Shown one piece after another: positions 10,607 to 21,640 of a DNA stretch of 64,000 nucleotides. Under the pieces are notes generated by a model, which worked only from the letters and a program-made list of their open reading frames with translations, was not told the DNA's origin and searched no databases. The stretch's first letter is position 1. Each line of letters begins with the position of its first letter. A program made the position numbers and the translations under genes. Source of the DNA: Chroococcus sp. CMT-3BRIN-NPC107 (lineage in GTDB: Bacteria > Cyanobacteriota > Cyanobacteriia > Cyanobacteriales > Chroococcidiopsidaceae); assembly GCA_019359635.1 (NCBI GenBank), contig JAHHGY010000008.1, forward strand, positions 6,768 through 70,767, in the 5' to 3' direction.

Positions 10607-11368
10607 CTAGGCGGCGGCAACTTGTCCAATTTCTGCGGGGGTAAGGTGGGAATGCACAACTTGCCCATCACGAAACCAAACAATGCGCCGTGTTTGCCTA
10701 GCGACATCGGCTTCGTGAGTCACCATAACGATAGTAATTCCCGTAGCGTTGAGTTCGCTAAAAATGTCCATAACTTCAGTAGTAGTGCGAGAATCGAGAG
10801 CGCCTGTAGGTTCATCAGCAAGCAGTAGCACGGGACGATTGACGATCGCGCGCGCGATCGCAACTCGTTGTTGTTGACCGCCAGACAGTTGATTAGGGCG
10901 ATTATTGAGGCGATTTTCCAAACCCACACGCTGGAGAGCAACCGTTGCGCGATCGCGTCTTTCTTTAGCACTAACACCTGCATAAACCATCGGTAGCATG
11001 ACATTTTCTAGGGCGCTAAGTTGGGATAGAAGGTGAAATTGTTGAAAAACGAAGCCAATTTTAAGGTTGCGAATACTAGCCAAATCGCCATCATCTAAAG
11101 CCGCAACATCAACAGTATCGAGGTAGTAGTGACCGCTTGTCGGGCGATCGAGGCAGCCAATTACATTCATGGCGGTAGATTTACCCGAACCCGAAGCGCC
11201 CATAATTGCACAATATTCGCCAGCTTCCACAATTAAATTGACATTTGCCAGCGCTCGTACTTCTGTTTCTCCAGCACCGTAAACCTTAGAAATATCTTCG
11301 AGGCGGATAATCGTTGTTGAAGCAGAAGTAACCTGTCCTATTTGGGGCGTAATTTTATTGTCTAACAT
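10607..11368 (-). CDS. ABC transporter ATP-binding protein (LolD/MacB-like)
   Basis: GASGSGKST, LSGGQQQRVAIARA, LLADEPTGALD. Confidence 0.93.
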   Translation of the reverse strand: MLDNKITPQIGQVTSASTTIIRLEDISKVYGAGETEVRALANVNLIVEAGEYCAIMGASGSGKSTAMNVIGCLDRPTSGHYYLDTVDVAALDDGDLASIRNLKIGFVFQQFHLLSQLSALENVMLPMVYAGVSAKERRDRATVALQRVGLENRLNNRPNQLSGGQQQRVAIARAIVNRPVLLLADEPTGALDSRTTTEVMDIFSELNATGITIVMVTHEADVARQTRRIVWFRDGQVVHSHLTPAEIGQVAAA

Positions 11369-11431
11369 GGATTTAAATAATTTTATTTACTAATATTTTG
11401 GCTATATCCACTTCACCCGAATGCAGCTAAG

Positions 11432-11481
11432 ACACAAAGACGCTTTTGCAGGGGGCTGACCGCCCAAGTCTTGGTTTTTCT
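11432..11481 (+). repeat. G-rich dispersed repeat, copy 1 (shortened)
   Basis: aagacgcttttgcagggggctgaccgcccaagtcttggtttttct aligns with copies at ~27367 and ~58255. Confidence 0.6.
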
Positions 11482-11498
11482 TAAACCAAACATCAACT

Positions 11499-12716
11499 CT
11501 AAGCACTCCGCAAAGCCACAATTGGGTCGAGTTGAGCCGCACGCCGAGCGGGAATAACGCCAAAAAACAAACCAATACCGCCAGAAACTCCCACCGCAAG
11601 AGCGATCGCTACCGGGGAAATGCCCGCTTGCAACGGAGTTAACGCCCCAACTAACAAAATACCGCCAACACCCAAACCCGTACCAAGTAGACCCCCGGCG
11701 GCTGAAAGAATTACCGCTTCAATCATAAACTGCACCAAAATATCTTGTTGAGTAGCGCCAATAGCTTTACGCAATCCAATTTCTTGAGTACGTTCGGTTA
11801 CGGAAACTAGCATAATATTCATGATGCCAATACCGCCGACAAATAACGAAATAGAGGCGATCGCACCGAGCATAATAGTTAAAGCTCCAGTGACTTTACC
11901 CACCGTTTCTAGAGCATCTTTTTGGGAACGAATGGTAAAATCATCCTCGCCATTGAGCTTATGACGCAGCCTAAGTAAATTACGCAACTGAAACTCTGCC
12001 GCTTCCACGCTTTCGGTATTTTTGGCAGAAGCCACCAGATAAGTTAAAGGGATGCCATAGGGAGAAGTGCGCCCTACAATGCGATTTGCCATTGTTGTCA
12101 CCGGGACAAAAGCCGCATCGTCGTAATCTGTCCCAAACCCCGATCCTTTAGATTCAAGTACGCCCACTATTTGATAGGTAGCACCTTTAAGGCGTATTTG
12201 CTGACCGATGGGAGGTGTATTTGCAAATAATCTAGCGGCTAAATCGGAACCTAGGACGGCAACTTGATTGCTGCGGTTGATATCTATTTGAGTGAGAAAC
12301 CGCCCTACTTTACTTTCAAAGTCGCGTACCGTTAAAAAGCTGGGGGTAGTGCCAATTACATTAACATCAGTGTTTTTGTTACGGTAAGTAACGATAGCTC
12401 TACTATTAACTTCCGGGGCGACACCTACCACGGTTGGAACTTGTGTTGCGATCGCTTCTGCGTCATCTAATACCAAAGTTTTTGGCAAATCGAAGGTAAT
12501 GCGCTGGGTTTCACGATTTCCAGGAATCACAAATAGTACATTAGGTCCCAACGATTCTAGTTCTCCAGCAATGTACTTTTGCGCTCCCTCACCAATGCCA
12601 ATCATGGCAATGACTGAAGCATTACCGATAATAATACCTAGCATTGTTAAACTGCTACGCAATTTATTGGCAAGCAGCGTAGTCACCGCCATTTTGAAGC
12701 TTTCTACAGGATTCAT
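11499..12716 (-). CDS. ABC transporter permease (MacB/FtsX-like)
   Basis: NKLRSSLTMLGIIIG, GGIGIMNIMLVSVTERTQEIGLRKAIGA, PARRAAQLDPI. Confidence 0.93.
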   Translation of the reverse strand: MNPVESFKMAVTTLLANKLRSSLTMLGIIIGNASVIAMIGIGEGAQKYIAGELESLGPNVLFVIPGNRETQRITFDLPKTLVLDDAEAIATQVPTVVGVAPEVNSRAIVTYRNKNTDVNVIGTTPSFLTVRDFESKVGRFLTQIDINRSNQVAVLGSDLAARLFANTPPIGQQIRLKGATYQIVGVLESKGSGFGTDYDDAAFVPVTTMANRIVGRTSPYGIPLTYLVASAKNTESVEAAEFQLRNLLRLRHKLNGEDDFTIRSQKDALETVGKVTGALTIMLGAIASISLFVGGIGIMNIMLVSVTERTQEIGLRKAIGATQQDILVQFMIEAVILSAAGGLLGTGLGVGGILLVGALTPLQAGISPVAIALAVGVSGGIGLFFGVIPARRAAQLDPIVALRSA

Positions 12717-14183
12717 TTATTCGTTGCTCTCTAATTTATAGTTGGGGGGAGGAGAAAGAAAAATGCGATCGCCATTTTTAACTCCCGATATAATTTGAGT
12801 TTTATTTTGAATCGCTGAACCAATTTCTACCGAACGAAACTGAGCTTGGTTTTTCTCACCGGGAATTAGTACCCCAGTTTGTCCTTGTTTGTTGGTAACA
12901 ATAGCGGCAGTAGGCACTACTAACGCATCTTCTACAGCAGCGCCCACAATAGTTAAATCGACATTCATGCCCGATTTTAGTTGCTCTTGACCTGTAGTTA
13001 AAGCAATTCGTACTTGAAAAGAAGTTACATTTTGCTCTACCACCGCCTCCGGGGAGATTAACCTTACTTTTCCCTTAAATATTTGATTTGGATAGGCATC
13101 GGCAACAACTTCTACTGTTCGCCCTTGCTTAACTTGTCCGATATCAATTTCAGGTACTTGAGCGAGAACTTCTAAGCCGCGAGATACTGCCACAATTGAG
13201 GTGGAAGTTGCCGAAGCTGTACTAGAAGCGGAAGTTGTTGGAGTCACAAAAGCGCCAACAGTGGCATATTTTTGGGTAATTATGCCAGCGAAAGGAGCGC
13301 GGATAATAGTATCATCTAACTGCACTTGCACGGCTTTGACTTCGCTTTGAGCGGCGGCTACCGATGCCTCAAGTTGGTCGATTTGTTCGGGACGCGAACC
13401 ATTTTGTAATTGTTGCAAGGCTTGTTGCGCTTCGGTTACGGCGGCAAGTCTTTGATCGATTTCTTCACTGCGGCTGCCGCTTTTTAGGTCTGCAAGTCGT
13501 CTTTGGGCTTCAAGCAAGTTGGCTTTGGCACTGCGGTCGTCGGCAATTACTTCGTCTAGGGTGTCTTGAGAAATCGCACCAGAAGTAGCTAAGTTGCGGT
13601 TGCGTTGAACTCGGCTAGAAGTCAGGTTTACTCTCGCTCTAGCAGCATCCAATTGGGCTTGTGCCTGGGCAATTTCTTCAGGACGGTTGCCTGTACGAGC
13701 TTGGTTTAGTTGCGCCCGCGCCCCCTCTAGACGCGCTCTAGATTGAGCAATTTCTTCGGGGCGCGTTCCGGCACGGGCTTCGGCTAGTTGAGCTTGTACT
13801 TGGGCTTGATTAGCACGAGCTTTGCTGAGTTGCGCTTGCAAGTTGGAGTCATCCATCCGGGCGATAATTTGTCCTTGCTCTACAGTGTCTCCTTGCTCTA
13901 CTAGCAATTGTGCTAAAACGCCGGAGTTTTTGGGGCTGAGGTTAACCGTTTGGACAGGTACAACTTTGCCACTAGCACTAATGCGGAGGGTAATATCGGT
14001 GGAGGTTACAGGGACAGTTAAAGACGCAATATCTATTTTGGGTGTTGCTTGCCTAGTTATTGCTCCGTAGGTCAGTGCGCTCGCGAGTACGCCCGCACTT
14101 AATAGTCCAATTAACCACCTAGAAGGATGTTTGACTTTGCCAATTAAGGGAATCTGTATCGGGGTGGTCATGCAATAACTCAC
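12717..14183 (-). CDS. Efflux periplasmic adaptor (MacA/HlyD family)
   Basis: N-terminal TM segment, LLVEQGDTVEQGQ lipoyl half, long coiled coil, IRAPFAG; start may be slightly downstream. Confidence 0.9.
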   Translation of the reverse strand: MSYCMTTPIQIPLIGKVKHPSRWLIGLLSAGVLASALTYGAITRQATPKIDIASLTVPVTSTDITLRISASGKVVPVQTVNLSPKNSGVLAQLLVEQGDTVEQGQIIARMDDSNLQAQLSKARANQAQVQAQLAEARAGTRPEEIAQSRARLEGARAQLNQARTGNRPEEIAQAQAQLDAARARVNLTSSRVQRNRNLATSGAISQDTLDEVIADDRSAKANLLEAQRRLADLKSGSRSEEIDQRLAAVTEAQQALQQLQNGSRPEQIDQLEASVAAAQSEVKAVQVQLDDTIIRAPFAGIITQKYATVGAFVTPTTSASSTASATSTSIVAVSRGLEVLAQVPEIDIGQVKQGRTVEVVADAYPNQIFKGKVRLISPEAVVEQNVTSFQVRIALTTGQEQLKSGMNVDLTIVGAAVEDALVVPTAAIVTNKQGQTGVLIPGEKNQAQFRSVEIGSAIQNKTQIISGVKNGDRIFLSPPPNYKLESNE

Positions 14184-14595
14184 TGAAAAATGAGCAAGCG
14201 GTAAGGAATTTATAATTCCCCAAACTTCTCCAAAAGCTTTCTATCCATATAGAGTTGAGCAGTGTTTGGGGTAATTCTTGAATAAATGTTTTGTATATTA
14301 ATTTTAACAAGTTGCGAAGCCTTGCGTGCGTACTAATACACATCATAGGAGTGATAATTACCCTACTTTTGAGTAATTCTCAATCTGTTAGCATCTGATG
14401 AGGTGACGAGCGAAACTGCACTAAGTTCCTGTAACTAAATAGGCTGTTTGCCAAGAAACAAAGCCGCAAAGAGCAAATTTTATACAAATGCAGAATTTTA
14501 GCTGCGTCCTGTGATGTTGCCTGCTTGATATTAATGGTAGTACTATCAATTATTTAATTTCTCTTAGCAGACTTAAACGTGCAAGTCACACATCG

Positions 14596-15063
14596 TTAAG
14601 AAAGTGCCTTACGGAAAACAATTTTATCAACCCCTGCGCTGTAGAAGTCTCGGATTCTTGCTTCCTCATCATAGCCGCTCTTGCTATAAAACGATCGCAC
14701 GTAGTCAAAACTCTCTGTTCCCGAAGTTTCCACCAGCAACAAACGTTCGCCGCGCTCTGTCAATATCTGTTCGACTTGGGCTAGTAGTGCTGCACCGCGT
14801 CCTTGTCTTTGACAGTCAGGGTGGACGGCAATTAGATATAAATTCCACGTTCCTTCGGTCATTCGCTCTGGCGCAACATAGGCGACTCCCACCAGCCCAT
14901 CGTCATCATCGGCGAGCCAGAAGTCAAGACTTTCGGTAGCGCTGGCGAAGTAATCGGATAACATTTGGCTGAGTGATTCGGTTTCGTGCGGCTGAAATAA
15001 ACCACTCGCTTTTGCCAAGGCAATCAATGCAGTTTTATCATCGAGCGCGATCGGTCTAATCAT
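14596..15063 (-). CDS. GNAT N-acetyltransferase
   Basis: LIAVHPDCQRQGRGAALL acetyl-CoA motif; RSFYSKSGY. Confidence 0.88.
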   Translation of the reverse strand: MIRPIALDDKTALIALAKASGLFQPHETESLSQMLSDYFASATESLDFWLADDDDGLVGVAYVAPERMTEGTWNLYLIAVHPDCQRQGRGAALLAQVEQILTERGERLLLVETSGTESFDYVRSFYSKSGYDEEARIRDFYSAGVDKIVFRKALS

Positions 15064-15190
15064 AGAGCAGTCTGCTTACTTGTAACCAGGAAGACCGTTA
15101 GAAATAATCATACAGCAGTTATTATCAGTCTTAGTTAGATAACAAATGTTACGAGTAGTTAAAATAAGAATAAAGTAGTACAAAGAAAAA

Positions 15191-16141
15191 GTGACTATTT
15201 CCGAGCATTGGCAACAAAAAGTTGGTTCGCAACGAGATTGGGTATGGCGCGGCTGGCAAACTCGTTATACTTATGTGCGATCGCCTCAAAAAACAAATAC
15301 GCCGCTAATTTTATTGCACGGGTTTGGAACTTCGATTGGACACTGGCGCAACAATTTAACTGTATTGGGGGAGTTTCATACAGTTTATGCTCTAGATATG
15401 CTGGGTTTTGGCGCTTCAGAAAAACCTGCAATTAATTACAATGTCGAGCTTTGGGTAGAGCAAGTTTACGATTTTTGGCGGACTTTTATTAATACACCAG
15501 TAGTATTAGTTGGTAATTCTACGGGTTCCTTGGTAACTTTGGCGATCGCCCAGGTTCATCCGGAAATGGTCGCAGGTATCTCTATGCTGAGTTTACCGGA
15601 TTTGTCGGTGCGCGAAGATGCTGTACCTAAGTTACTCCGTCCGGTGGTTTCTAGTATTGAAAGTTTGGTAGCTTCAAAGCTATTACTTAAAACTATATTT
15701 CGCGTCGTAAATCGACCGGGAATAGTAAAAAAATGGGCGGCTATGGCTTACTCTAACCCGGAAGTGGTGACGGATGAATTGGTAGATATTTTACTTGGCC
15801 CAGCGCAAGATCGAGGTAGTGCGAATGCTTTTGCGGGAATTTTAAAAGCCATGGTTGGGGCGGGGTTTGCGCCCAGAGTAAAAAATGTGTTGCCGAGCTT
15901 AAAAGTACCGATATTATTAATTTGGGGACAGCAAGACCGGATGGTTCCTCATAGTTTTGCGCGTCAATTTGCTGATTACAATCCCCAGTATGCCCAGCTA
16001 GTCAGTCTAGAAAATGTCGGGCATTGTCCCCATGATGAATGTCCAGATATTGTTAATCAGGCTCTTTTAGACTGGATTAATGGTTTTAGTAATAAAGGTG
16101 ATGTTGGCGCATTGGTGCAAAGCGTACCCCAAGGAAGTTAA
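15191..16141 (+). CDS. Alpha/beta-fold hydrolase
   Basis: LLHGFG, DMLGFGAS, GNSTG nucleophile elbow, GHCPHDE. Confidence 0.9.
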   Translation: MTISEHWQQKVGSQRDWVWRGWQTRYTYVRSPQKTNTPLILLHGFGTSIGHWRNNLTVLGEFHTVYALDMLGFGASEKPAINYNVELWVEQVYDFWRTFINTPVVLVGNSTGSLVTLAIAQVHPEMVAGISMLSLPDLSVREDAVPKLLRPVVSSIESLVASKLLLKTIFRVVNRPGIVKKWAAMAYSNPEVVTDELVDILLGPAQDRGSANAFAGILKAMVGAGFAPRVKNVLPSLKVPILLIWGQQDRMVPHSFARQFADYNPQYAQLVSLENVGHCPHDECPDIVNQALLDWINGFSNKGDVGALVQSVPQGS

Positions 16142-16223
16142 ATATTAGGCGTGGGTGAAAGTGTGATGATTTTCAATGGTTGGTTGACGAAAAAGACAGA
16201 ATTTCTAGTTTCACCTTCTTTAT

Positions 16224-16251
16224 CCCATTACCCATTACCCATTACCCATTA
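16224..16251 (+). repeat. Short tandem heptamer repeat (STRR-type)
   Basis: (CCCATTA)x4, downstream of tyrA. Confidence 0.85.
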
Positions 16252-16272
16252 CCAATTGGGCAACGCCAAATA

Positions 16273-17361
16273 TTAAGGGATATTGGATCTTTGAGTTTCG
16301 GCGACTTGTGCCGCAAGTAAAAGGCTGAGGCTGTCGATAATGTGGTTGCTTTCGGCGACGGCTTGATTTGCTCCTTGGGCGAAGGTGCCAGCAGTGGCTT
16401 CAAATTCGCGCTTTAAGCCTGCCCCGTCTTTGTTTTCTACTAATTGCGCTAGACGAGTATAGGTTTCTACTAATCTAGAAATGGCTTGACGGCGTTCCTC
16501 GGCTGTCAGCATGATATCGACATACAAAGCCGAATCTTGAGCAAATAGACGGCTAACCATATCAATTTCTAAGCGGTAAAGCGGGCTAGAAAAGTCTAAG
16601 CTGCGATTAATATCAATGCCTTCTTCGGCTAGAAATACGCCCAAGCTAAAGGTTGTAAAGTGTCGAATTGCCTGAATTGCCACCATCATGCGATCGTGTT
16701 CTTCAGGGGTACAAGCGATTAGTTTGCCGCCATTGCTTTCAATTAAGTCTAAAAGCCACTTAAAAGCTTGCTCTTGACGACCGGGACAAACTATAACATT
16801 TTGCGATAAAAATGATTGTATTCCTGGCCCAAACATAGGATGCAGGCTTAAAACTGGCCCCGTATGTTGCTTAAGTAATTCTTGAACTATGGGGGTTTTG
16901 ACGCTGGTAATATCTGCTAAAGCTGTATCTGCTTTGAGGTAAGGGGCGGCTTTTTGAATTACGGTTAAAGTGTGTTCGATGGGGACGCAAACTAATACTA
17001 ATTGAGCTTCGCCTAATAATTGTGGGGCTTTGTCCCAATCATTATGTTCGAGGATACTAACATCATGCCCACCATTAGCTAGTTGTTGGCTAAAAAACCG
17101 TCCTAGCTTGCCATAACCACCAATTACAGTTACTTTTCGGGGTTTGATAGGGGTAGAGGAACAGGAGGAAGCGATCGCAGCCGCGCAGCTAATTGTAATG
17201 CTTTTCCAAACAAATTCTGGTACGCCTTGTTGCGCTAAAAGCTTAGTAATATCGCCCGATTCTGCTTGTACAGATAGGTTAGAATCGTTTAAGATGGCAA
17301 TTCTTTTGCTAAGTAAGTTGATTATTTCCCGATCGATTTCTTTGAGAATCACAGGCAACAT
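16273..17361 (-). CDS. tyrA: Prephenate dehydrogenase with short chorismate-mutase-like N-terminus
   Basis: EIDREIINLLSKR; VIGGYGKLG; DITSVK; LHPMFGP; EEHDRMM. Confidence 0.92.
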   Translation of the reverse strand: MLPVILKEIDREIINLLSKRIAILNDSNLSVQAESGDITKLLAQQGVPEFVWKSITISCAAAIASSCSSTPIKPRKVTVIGGYGKLGRFFSQQLANGGHDVSILEHNDWDKAPQLLGEAQLVLVCVPIEHTLTVIQKAAPYLKADTALADITSVKTPIVQELLKQHTGPVLSLHPMFGPGIQSFLSQNVIVCPGRQEQAFKWLLDLIESNGGKLIACTPEEHDRMMVAIQAIRHFTTFSLGVFLAEEGIDINRSLDFSSPLYRLEIDMVSRLFAQDSALYVDIMLTAEERRQAISRLVETYTRLAQLVENKDGAGLKREFEATAGTFAQGANQAVAESNHIIDSLSLLLAAQVAETQRSNIP

Positions 17362-17442
17362 GACTAAACTCCGGGGGTGCGTTTGACATAGCTAGGGAAA
17401 ATAAATCCTCCAGCTATGTCATTTATCGATGAAGCTACGGTT

Positions 17443-18522
17443 TTACTTCATAAACTGGACTAATTGTTCTAATTTTGACCAGGCTGCACCACTACGCAGA
17501 ATGTCTTTGGCGATCGCAATTCCCTTAATATACTCCTCAGAAGTAATTGCTTTTCCTACACACAGCGCTAAGGCGGTGTTTAAAGCTACTACATCTTGTT
17601 GGGCTTCTGTTCCTTTACCCTGCAATACGTCCTTAAGAATTTGAGCGTTTTCGGCTACATCTCCGCCTTTAATTTCGGCGGTGGCAGCTTTTTTTAAACC
17701 AAGTTCTTCAGCGTTTAATGTCATTAGGCGGACTTGATTGTTTTCTAGTACCCCTAAATCGTTAATGTCTGCGAGTCCAGCTTCGTCTAGCTTTTCTCTA
17801 CCGCGAACAACGATCGCTCTTTCTGTTCCTAGTTGGGATAAGGCACGGGCGATCGTTTCTACTAAGTTAGGATCGCAAACGCCGATGATCTGCCCAGTGG
17901 GTTGCATCGGGTTGACTAATGGTCCTAGTAGGTTAAACACTGTCCGCACTTTTAAGGTTTTACGCAACCCTGCTACACTTTTTAACGCTGGATGCCACCC
18001 CGGTGCGAATAAAAATGTAATTCCAACTTCTTCCACGGCGGCGGTTACTTTTTCAAGTTCGGCGTTGAGGTTGATTCCCAGCGCTTCTAATACATCGGCG
18101 GAACCCGTTTTGCTAGAGGCGGAACGATTGCCGTGCTTGGCAACTTTTACTCCGGCGGCGGCGGCGACAAAGGCTACGGCTGTAGAAATATTGAAGGTAG
18201 ATGCCCCATCGCCCCCTGTCCCACAGGTGTCAATTAAGGGTGTGGAACTAGGGATGCTTTTCTTAATTGCTGATTGGGCGTGTAAAACTTGCGCCATACC
18301 TACCAATTCGGCGGCGGTTACTCCTTTAGCTTGAATAGCTGCCAAAATTGCCCCCGATAATACGGGCGGTATTGCCTCGGTTAGCCAGCCTTGCATCAAA
18401 TCGGCGGCGGTGGGAATGCTCAAGCTTTGCCCTTCTAGCAGTTGTTGCAATAACTCAGAATAATTAACATCGCTAGTTATTGCAGTTATAGAGTCGACGG
18501 GTGTTTGGGTTACAGCTATCAT
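17443..18522 (-). CDS. trpD: Anthranilate phosphoribosyltransferase
   Basis: [42 protein letters not shown]. Confidence 0.97.
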   Translation of the reverse strand: MIAVTQTPVDSITAITSDVNYSELLQQLLEGQSLSIPTAADLMQGWLTEAIPPVLSGAILAAIQAKGVTAAELVGMAQVLHAQSAIKKSIPSSTPLIDTCGTGGDGASTFNISTAVAFVAAAAGVKVAKHGNRSASSKTGSADVLEALGINLNAELEKVTAAVEEVGITFLFAPGWHPALKSVAGLRKTLKVRTVFNLLGPLVNPMQPTGQIIGVCDPNLVETIARALSQLGTERAIVVRGREKLDEAGLADINDLGVLENNQVRLMTLNAEELGLKKAATAEIKGGDVAENAQILKDVLQGKGTEAQQDVVALNTALALCVGKAITSEEYIKGIAIAKDILRSGAAWSKLEQLVQFMK

Positions 18523-18543
18523 GGCGATTTTGTTTTTATTTAA

Positions 18544-19788
18544 TTAACCGTCTTTGTGCAAAGCTTTGGCTACGGTCTGTACGTCTTTGTCACCGCGTCC
18601 CGAACAGTTAATCACAATTCTCGGGCTACCTGTTAGCTGTGGGCAAAGAGTATCTAAGTAAGCGATCGCATGAGCGGTTTCTAAGGCGGGGATAATTCCT
18701 TCTAGTTGCGATAGTAGTTGTAATGCATCTAGTGCCTGCTGGTCGGTAACGCTGTAGTATTCTGCCCGTTTTACTTCTTTCAAGAAACTATGCTCTGGCC
18801 CCACTCCTGGATAATCTAAGCCTGCACTAATTGAATGAGCTTCTATTACTTGTCCGTCTTCGTCTTGCAATAAGTAACTCATTGCTCCATGCAGCACCCC
18901 AACTCGTCCTTTTGTCAAGGTGGCGGCGTGTTTGTCTGTTTCTACTCCTTCTCCGGCAGCTTCTACACCAATCATTCTGACATTGGGTTCGCGGACAAAT
19001 TCGTGAAATAGTCCCATTGCATTAGAACCACCGCCTACGCAAGCAAGCAGAATATCCGGCAATCCGCCCCATTTTTCTTCAGCTTGAGTGCGAGTTTCTT
19101 GTCCAATTACGGCATGAAAGTCGCGTACTAGCATCGGGTAAGGGTGAGGACCAGCTACAGAACCTAAGATGTAGTGAGTATCTTCTACGTTTGTTACCCA
19201 ATCTCGAATCGCCTCAGATGTAGCATCTTTAAGGGTTCCCGTTCCGGCCGATACGGGGCGAACTTCTGCGCCCATTAATCGCATCCGAAAAACGTTAAGA
19301 GATTGACGTTCCATATCTTGAACGCCCATGTAAATTACGCAACCAAAACCGAATCGAGCGCATACGGTGGCTGTAGCTACTCCGTGTTGTCCTGCTCCTG
19401 TTTCGGCAATGATCCGCTTTTTGCCCATCCGCTTTGCTAGTAATACTTGCGCTAAAGCATTATTAATTTTATGCGCGCCTGTGTGATTTAGGTCTTCGCG
19501 CTTGAGGTAAATTAAGGGGTTGCTGTTGGCGCTAGCGTAATGGGCTGTGAGACGTTCGGCAAAGTATAACGGTGTAGGACGACCGACATAATCTTTGAGC
19601 AAACCTTGCAATTCTTCCTGAAATCCCGGATCGTTGCAATACTTGTTAAAAGCTACTTCTAGTTCCTCTAGTGCAGGCATTAGGGTTTCGGGAACGTACT
19701 TTCCACCAAATTTACCAAAGCGACCGAGAGCGTCAGGTCTTTTAGGGTCAGAGGCGGTGATATCGTAGATTTCTTGAATGCTGACCAT
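18544..19788 (-). CDS. trpB: Tryptophan synthase beta chain
   Basis: [37 protein letters not shown]. Confidence 0.98.
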   Translation of the reverse strand: MVSIQEIYDITASDPKRPDALGRFGKFGGKYVPETLMPALEELEVAFNKYCNDPGFQEELQGLLKDYVGRPTPLYFAERLTAHYASANSNPLIYLKREDLNHTGAHKINNALAQVLLAKRMGKKRIIAETGAGQHGVATATVCARFGFGCVIYMGVQDMERQSLNVFRMRLMGAEVRPVSAGTGTLKDATSEAIRDWVTNVEDTHYILGSVAGPHPYPMLVRDFHAVIGQETRTQAEEKWGGLPDILLACVGGGSNAMGLFHEFVREPNVRMIGVEAAGEGVETDKHAATLTKGRVGVLHGAMSYLLQDEDGQVIEAHSISAGLDYPGVGPEHSFLKEVKRAEYYSVTDQQALDALQLLSQLEGIIPALETAHAIAYLDTLCPQLTGSPRIVINCSGRGDKDVQTVAKALHKDG

Positions 19789-19835
19789 TAGTTGAATCCT
19801 CTATATTTTTACTTAATCTGTCCGAACGTAAGGCT

Positions 19836-20660
19836 TTACACCTCTACAGGTTGTTTAACAGTAGAAATCGCACTCTTTAATTCTTTGCACAATGTTTCTA
19901 CTGCTTGCAATCCTTGAGTGGGCGTTCCGGTTTCTAAAGCTCTAACAAAGGCGCTACCCACAATTACCGCGTCTGCACCCCATTCCATTACTTGCTTTGC
20001 TTGTTCGGGCTTGGAGATGCCAAAACCCACGCCAATGGGTTTATCGGTAACTTGGCGCATTTCTATCAGTAAGTCTTTGACTCTACTTTGAATTTGACTT
20101 CGCATTCCGGTTACGCCTGTAACGCTAACTAAATAAATAAATCCTTGGGATTTAGCCGAAATTGCTTCTATTCTGGCTTGCGAACTTGTAGGCGCAACTA
20201 ATAAAATTAGCTCTATTCCCAAACTAGCCGCCGCTTCTAACAATTCGTCTGCTTCTTCTAAAGGTAAATCTGGTACTACTAAGCCTTTGACCCCAACAAT
20301 TGCTATCTGCTCTAAAAAGGTTCTAATTCCCCGGTTCAAAATGGGGTTGTAGTAAGTAAATAGAATTATTGGCGCTTTAATTTCGTGGCTCACTTTTGCG
20401 ACTATTTCTAGTACCTGTTCTAACTTTGTGCCTTTTTGCAAGGCGCGAGTGGCGGCGGCTTGAATTACCGGGCCATCGGCTAAAGGATCGGAATAGGGAA
20501 CTCCTAATTCAATTAAGTCTGCGCCGTTGCGATCTAATAATTTTATTGCTTCGGCGGTAGTCTCTAAATCGGGATCTCCCGCCGTAATAAAGGGAATTAG
20601 AGCGCATTTAGATTCTTGGCGTAAAGCTTTGAGGCGTTGAGAAATAGCATTCATGGTCAT
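19836..20660 (-). CDS. trpA: Tryptophan synthase alpha chain
   Basis: [32 protein letters not shown]. Confidence 0.97.
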   Translation of the reverse strand: MTMNAISQRLKALRQESKCALIPFITAGDPDLETTAEAIKLLDRNGADLIELGVPYSDPLADGPVIQAAATRALQKGTKLEQVLEIVAKVSHEIKAPIILFTYYNPILNRGIRTFLEQIAIVGVKGLVVPDLPLEEADELLEAAASLGIELILLVAPTSSQARIEAISAKSQGFIYLVSVTGVTGMRSQIQSRVKDLLIEMRQVTDKPIGVGFGISKPEQAKQVMEWGADAVIVGSAFVRALETGTPTQGLQAVETLCKELKSAISTVKQPVEV

Positions 20661-20699
20661 AATTTACCTAAAAAGTCAGCACTAATCGGCAGTTAGTAG

Positions 20700-21533
20700 T
20701 TAGCTTGTTTTATTGTCCAATAAACTTCGCACTGCTTGTTCAACATCGGGTTGTTTAATTAAAGATTCACCTACTAATACACTTCGTACCCCAGCTTCGG
20801 CGACGAAAGACAAGTCTTTTGGCGAATACAAACCCGATTCGCTGACAACAGTTACGCCTAAACTTGTCAAAGGTTGGGAGCGCTCTTGCATTAGTTGGCT
20901 AGTTGTTGCCAAATCGACGTTAAAAGTTTCCAAGTTTCGGTTGTTAATTCCAACTATTCGCAAATCGGAAAGCTTTAAAACGCGATCGCATTCTGCTAGT
21001 GTATGTACTTCTACTAAAGCATTCATGCCTAATGAATGGATTAAGTACAAAAATTCTTGCAGCTTTTGGTCTGGTAAAATAGCCGCAATTAAAAGCACCG
21101 CATCCGCCCCCGCAACTCGCGCTTTATAAATTTGGTAGGGATCAATAATAAATTCTTTACATAATAGCGGTATTTCTACTGTGGGGCGAATTTTTTGCAG
21201 ATTTTCAAAGCTACCTTGAAAAAATTTCCTATCGGTGAGGACAGATAGACAAGATGCACCACCACGCACGTAAGCCTTGGCAATTTCTACCGGATCGAAA
21301 TCTTGGCGAATTACTCCCTTGCTTGGAGATGCTTTTTTTACTTCTGCTATTAGGCTTGGGTAGTTAGAACTATTTTGCAACGCTTTGAGAAAGTCACAGA
21401 TAGGGGGAGCAGCTTTTAGTTGACGTTGCAAATCTCCTAGCGTTAACTGCTGGCGCAATTGGGCTATTTCTTGCTCTTTATGTTGAACAATTTGGGCGAG
21501 AATATGGCGGGGATTTATCTGCGTCGCAGTCAC
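20700..21533 (-). CDS. trpC: Indole-3-glycerol phosphate synthase
   Basis: IAEVKKASPSKG, LSVLTD, GINNRNL, VSESG. Confidence 0.97.
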   Translation of the reverse strand: MTATQINPRHILAQIVQHKEQEIAQLRQQLTLGDLQRQLKAAPPICDFLKALQNSSNYPSLIAEVKKASPSKGVIRQDFDPVEIAKAYVRGGASCLSVLTDRKFFQGSFENLQKIRPTVEIPLLCKEFIIDPYQIYKARVAGADAVLLIAAILPDQKLQEFLYLIHSLGMNALVEVHTLAECDRVLKLSDLRIVGINNRNLETFNVDLATTSQLMQERSQPLTSLGVTVVSESGLYSPKDLSFVAEAGVRSVLVGESLIKQPDVEQAVRSLLDNKTS

Positions 21534-21640
21534 TTCATAACTCCTGTTGGGTTGGCGAATAAAGAAAATAAACGGTGTGTTTCTAGAAGAATTTTTTATT
21601 TGAGTAGGGGTACAATACTTTACGCCCCTACCCGTATCTT

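Noticed and set aside
10607-14183. MacAB-like exporter as the scytonemin exporter
   Set aside because: Widespread cyanobacterial operon, separated from tyrA by unrelated genes; only proximity supports it
14395-14416. Hammerhead-ribozyme-like core CTGATGA...GAAAC
   Set aside because: Stem II (GGTGACGAGC) pairs poorly and no consistent stems I/III with an NUH site could be built; at best a degenerate relic
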